A stretch of DNA of 62,907 nucleotides, counting the filler, from Sphacelaria rigidula (lineage: Eukaryota), in assembly GCA_964200075.2 (NCBI GenBank). It is 10 parts of 10 records of this genome, joined end to end, with 100 filler letters (N's around TTAATTAATTAA, not from the genome) between each part and the next. Parts side by side here need not be neighbours in the genome. Positions count along the whole stretch, not along the records: positions 56,708 to 62,907 come from CAXNAA020021557.1; 9 more parts are not named here. The stretch is one strand, 5' to 3'. The notes below the pieces were generated by a model. The model worked only from the letters and a program-made list of their open reading frames with translations. It ran no database searches and was not told the origin of the DNA. Below are positions 61,474 through 62,907 of the stretch, piece after piece; the first letter of the stretch is position 1, and each line of letters starts with the position of its first letter. The translations under genes and the position numbers were made by a program.

Positions 61474-62907
61474 CCCTTGGGGGGTACTGTGTGGAGAGGA
61501 ACCCCTCATGGATTTCGTCGCGTTTGGGTTTCGAGCTTTACATTTGCTAGTGGGCTTTCTTTGGTTTGCGGCAAATGAAATTGCAACAAAAGAATTGCGG
61601 CCACCCTCTATTTTTCACCTTGTCTGGCGCGTGTCAACGCCTATATATTTGGCGTCCAATGTTGAATGCTCTGTTGGTCTCCGGGTTGATGTCTCAAGTG
61701 CTTCAAAGATTGTAGATACATGTATGAGTTGAGCTTGCCATCATTCCGAATAAAAATTTTGATCGATTGTATGAAGAAAGTATTTGATTCAGAACCCGGT
61801 TGAATACTCCGGAGGTAAAAATAGACGTGAAGCATGTCCTGGGAGAGAGATGGGCTCTTTCCATGAGAGTGTGGACTCGTTCCGAGAAAGGGGTGGGGTT
61901 GAAAGGATTTAAAACAAAAAAGTTCTCGCCTTTTGGGGTCGAACATCCGCATTAGAGAGGGTGGCGGCCTTCAGGCCTTTCCCAATGCGAAGACTGCATG
62001 AAAAAATGTGCAGGAATACAGGTACTCGCTCGCTTCTCATCGTCAAGCCTGGCTTATTTATATCGCTGTGGCGAACATTTTTGTCGTGTGATCGTCTATA
62101 CTTGAATTGCTGAAGTCTGTCCCGCAGTGGGGATGTGTGCATGATATGTGCCACTCGACACCCCACGCTCTACTCGTGAGTGCAGCCACACTTTCTTGCA
62201 CAACATGTCGGGCGAGAGGCGCTGTTGTGTAAGGGCGCACACACCAGGGGCACAAGCCATCCAAACAAGTGGAAATGGGTTCACGTATTTCTTTAGCAAG
62301 TGATCTACGCGCCGACGGTTACTTCAAAGAAGGCAGACAATACTGCGCACCCAATAGCTGCGCAGACAATAATGTACTGCGTAGAGTATGGGCCTTGTGA
62401 TGCTAGCCAGAAAAATAATTTTACTGGGTCGCTGCTGCTTGAGGGACTCCCTAGTCGAACTAGCCTCAGTTTCAGTTGTCAGCCTTTGCAACATCTTGTT
62501 ATTCGGAGTACCCTTGCAGGCAGAGCCTCATGGACCCGTCAGGGTATCATCCCCGTGTCCCCGGTCATTATCCAGGTCATCACTACCAACTCAACGTAAC
62601 GGCGTAGTTTCGTCACAGCACCCCCGAAGCGCGTTGGACAGAAATCGAGCAACAAGCTTGACACATACAAAACGATGAGCAAGTCACAACTCAATATCAA
62701 ACTAACGCGTAATGCGAGTAGCAACGGCACGAGTCACGCGCAATTTACGCAACTCCTTCGTGAGAAATTCCGGAGCGGCCTCAAAAATATCCTTGAAGGG
62801 CTCCAAGGGCAGGTCGAGTAAAGTTTTTCTTTGATGGGCAATAGACAAAAAAGGGTACACCCTGGTGCTTTTGGAGGAAAAAAGGGTGGCGCATTTTTCG
62901 CTTTGGG

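Overview
Eukaryotic DNA, most likely from a brown alga (Phaeophyceae; inferred from intron style and repeat landscape, not proven). The window is not one locus. It is ten ~6.2-kb contigs (7 x 6201 bp, 3 x 6200 bp) joined by identical 100-bp N44-TTAATTAATTAA-N44 linkers, so no synteny can be read across linkers. Host-gene exons found: a CHAT-domain protein apparently lacking the catalytic Cys, a CstF-77-like exon, a four-exon coiled-coil protein, eL42/RPL36A exon 1, the last two exons of pICln/CLNS1A, and an unidentified terminal exon. Most of the rest is transposon-derived: Ty3/Gypsy, DIRS/Ngaro and Helitron remnants, tRNA-headed SINEs, many MITE families and an abundant LINE. The most striking pattern is that LINE. 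It ends in ...ATGAGTAC(G)-poly(C) rather than poly(A), its target-site duplications begin with C runs, it leaves ~60-75-nt copies starting at a GAAA hairpin, and long copies sit in the C tails of a sister family. This looks like an oligo(C)/oligo(G)-primed retrotransposition system.
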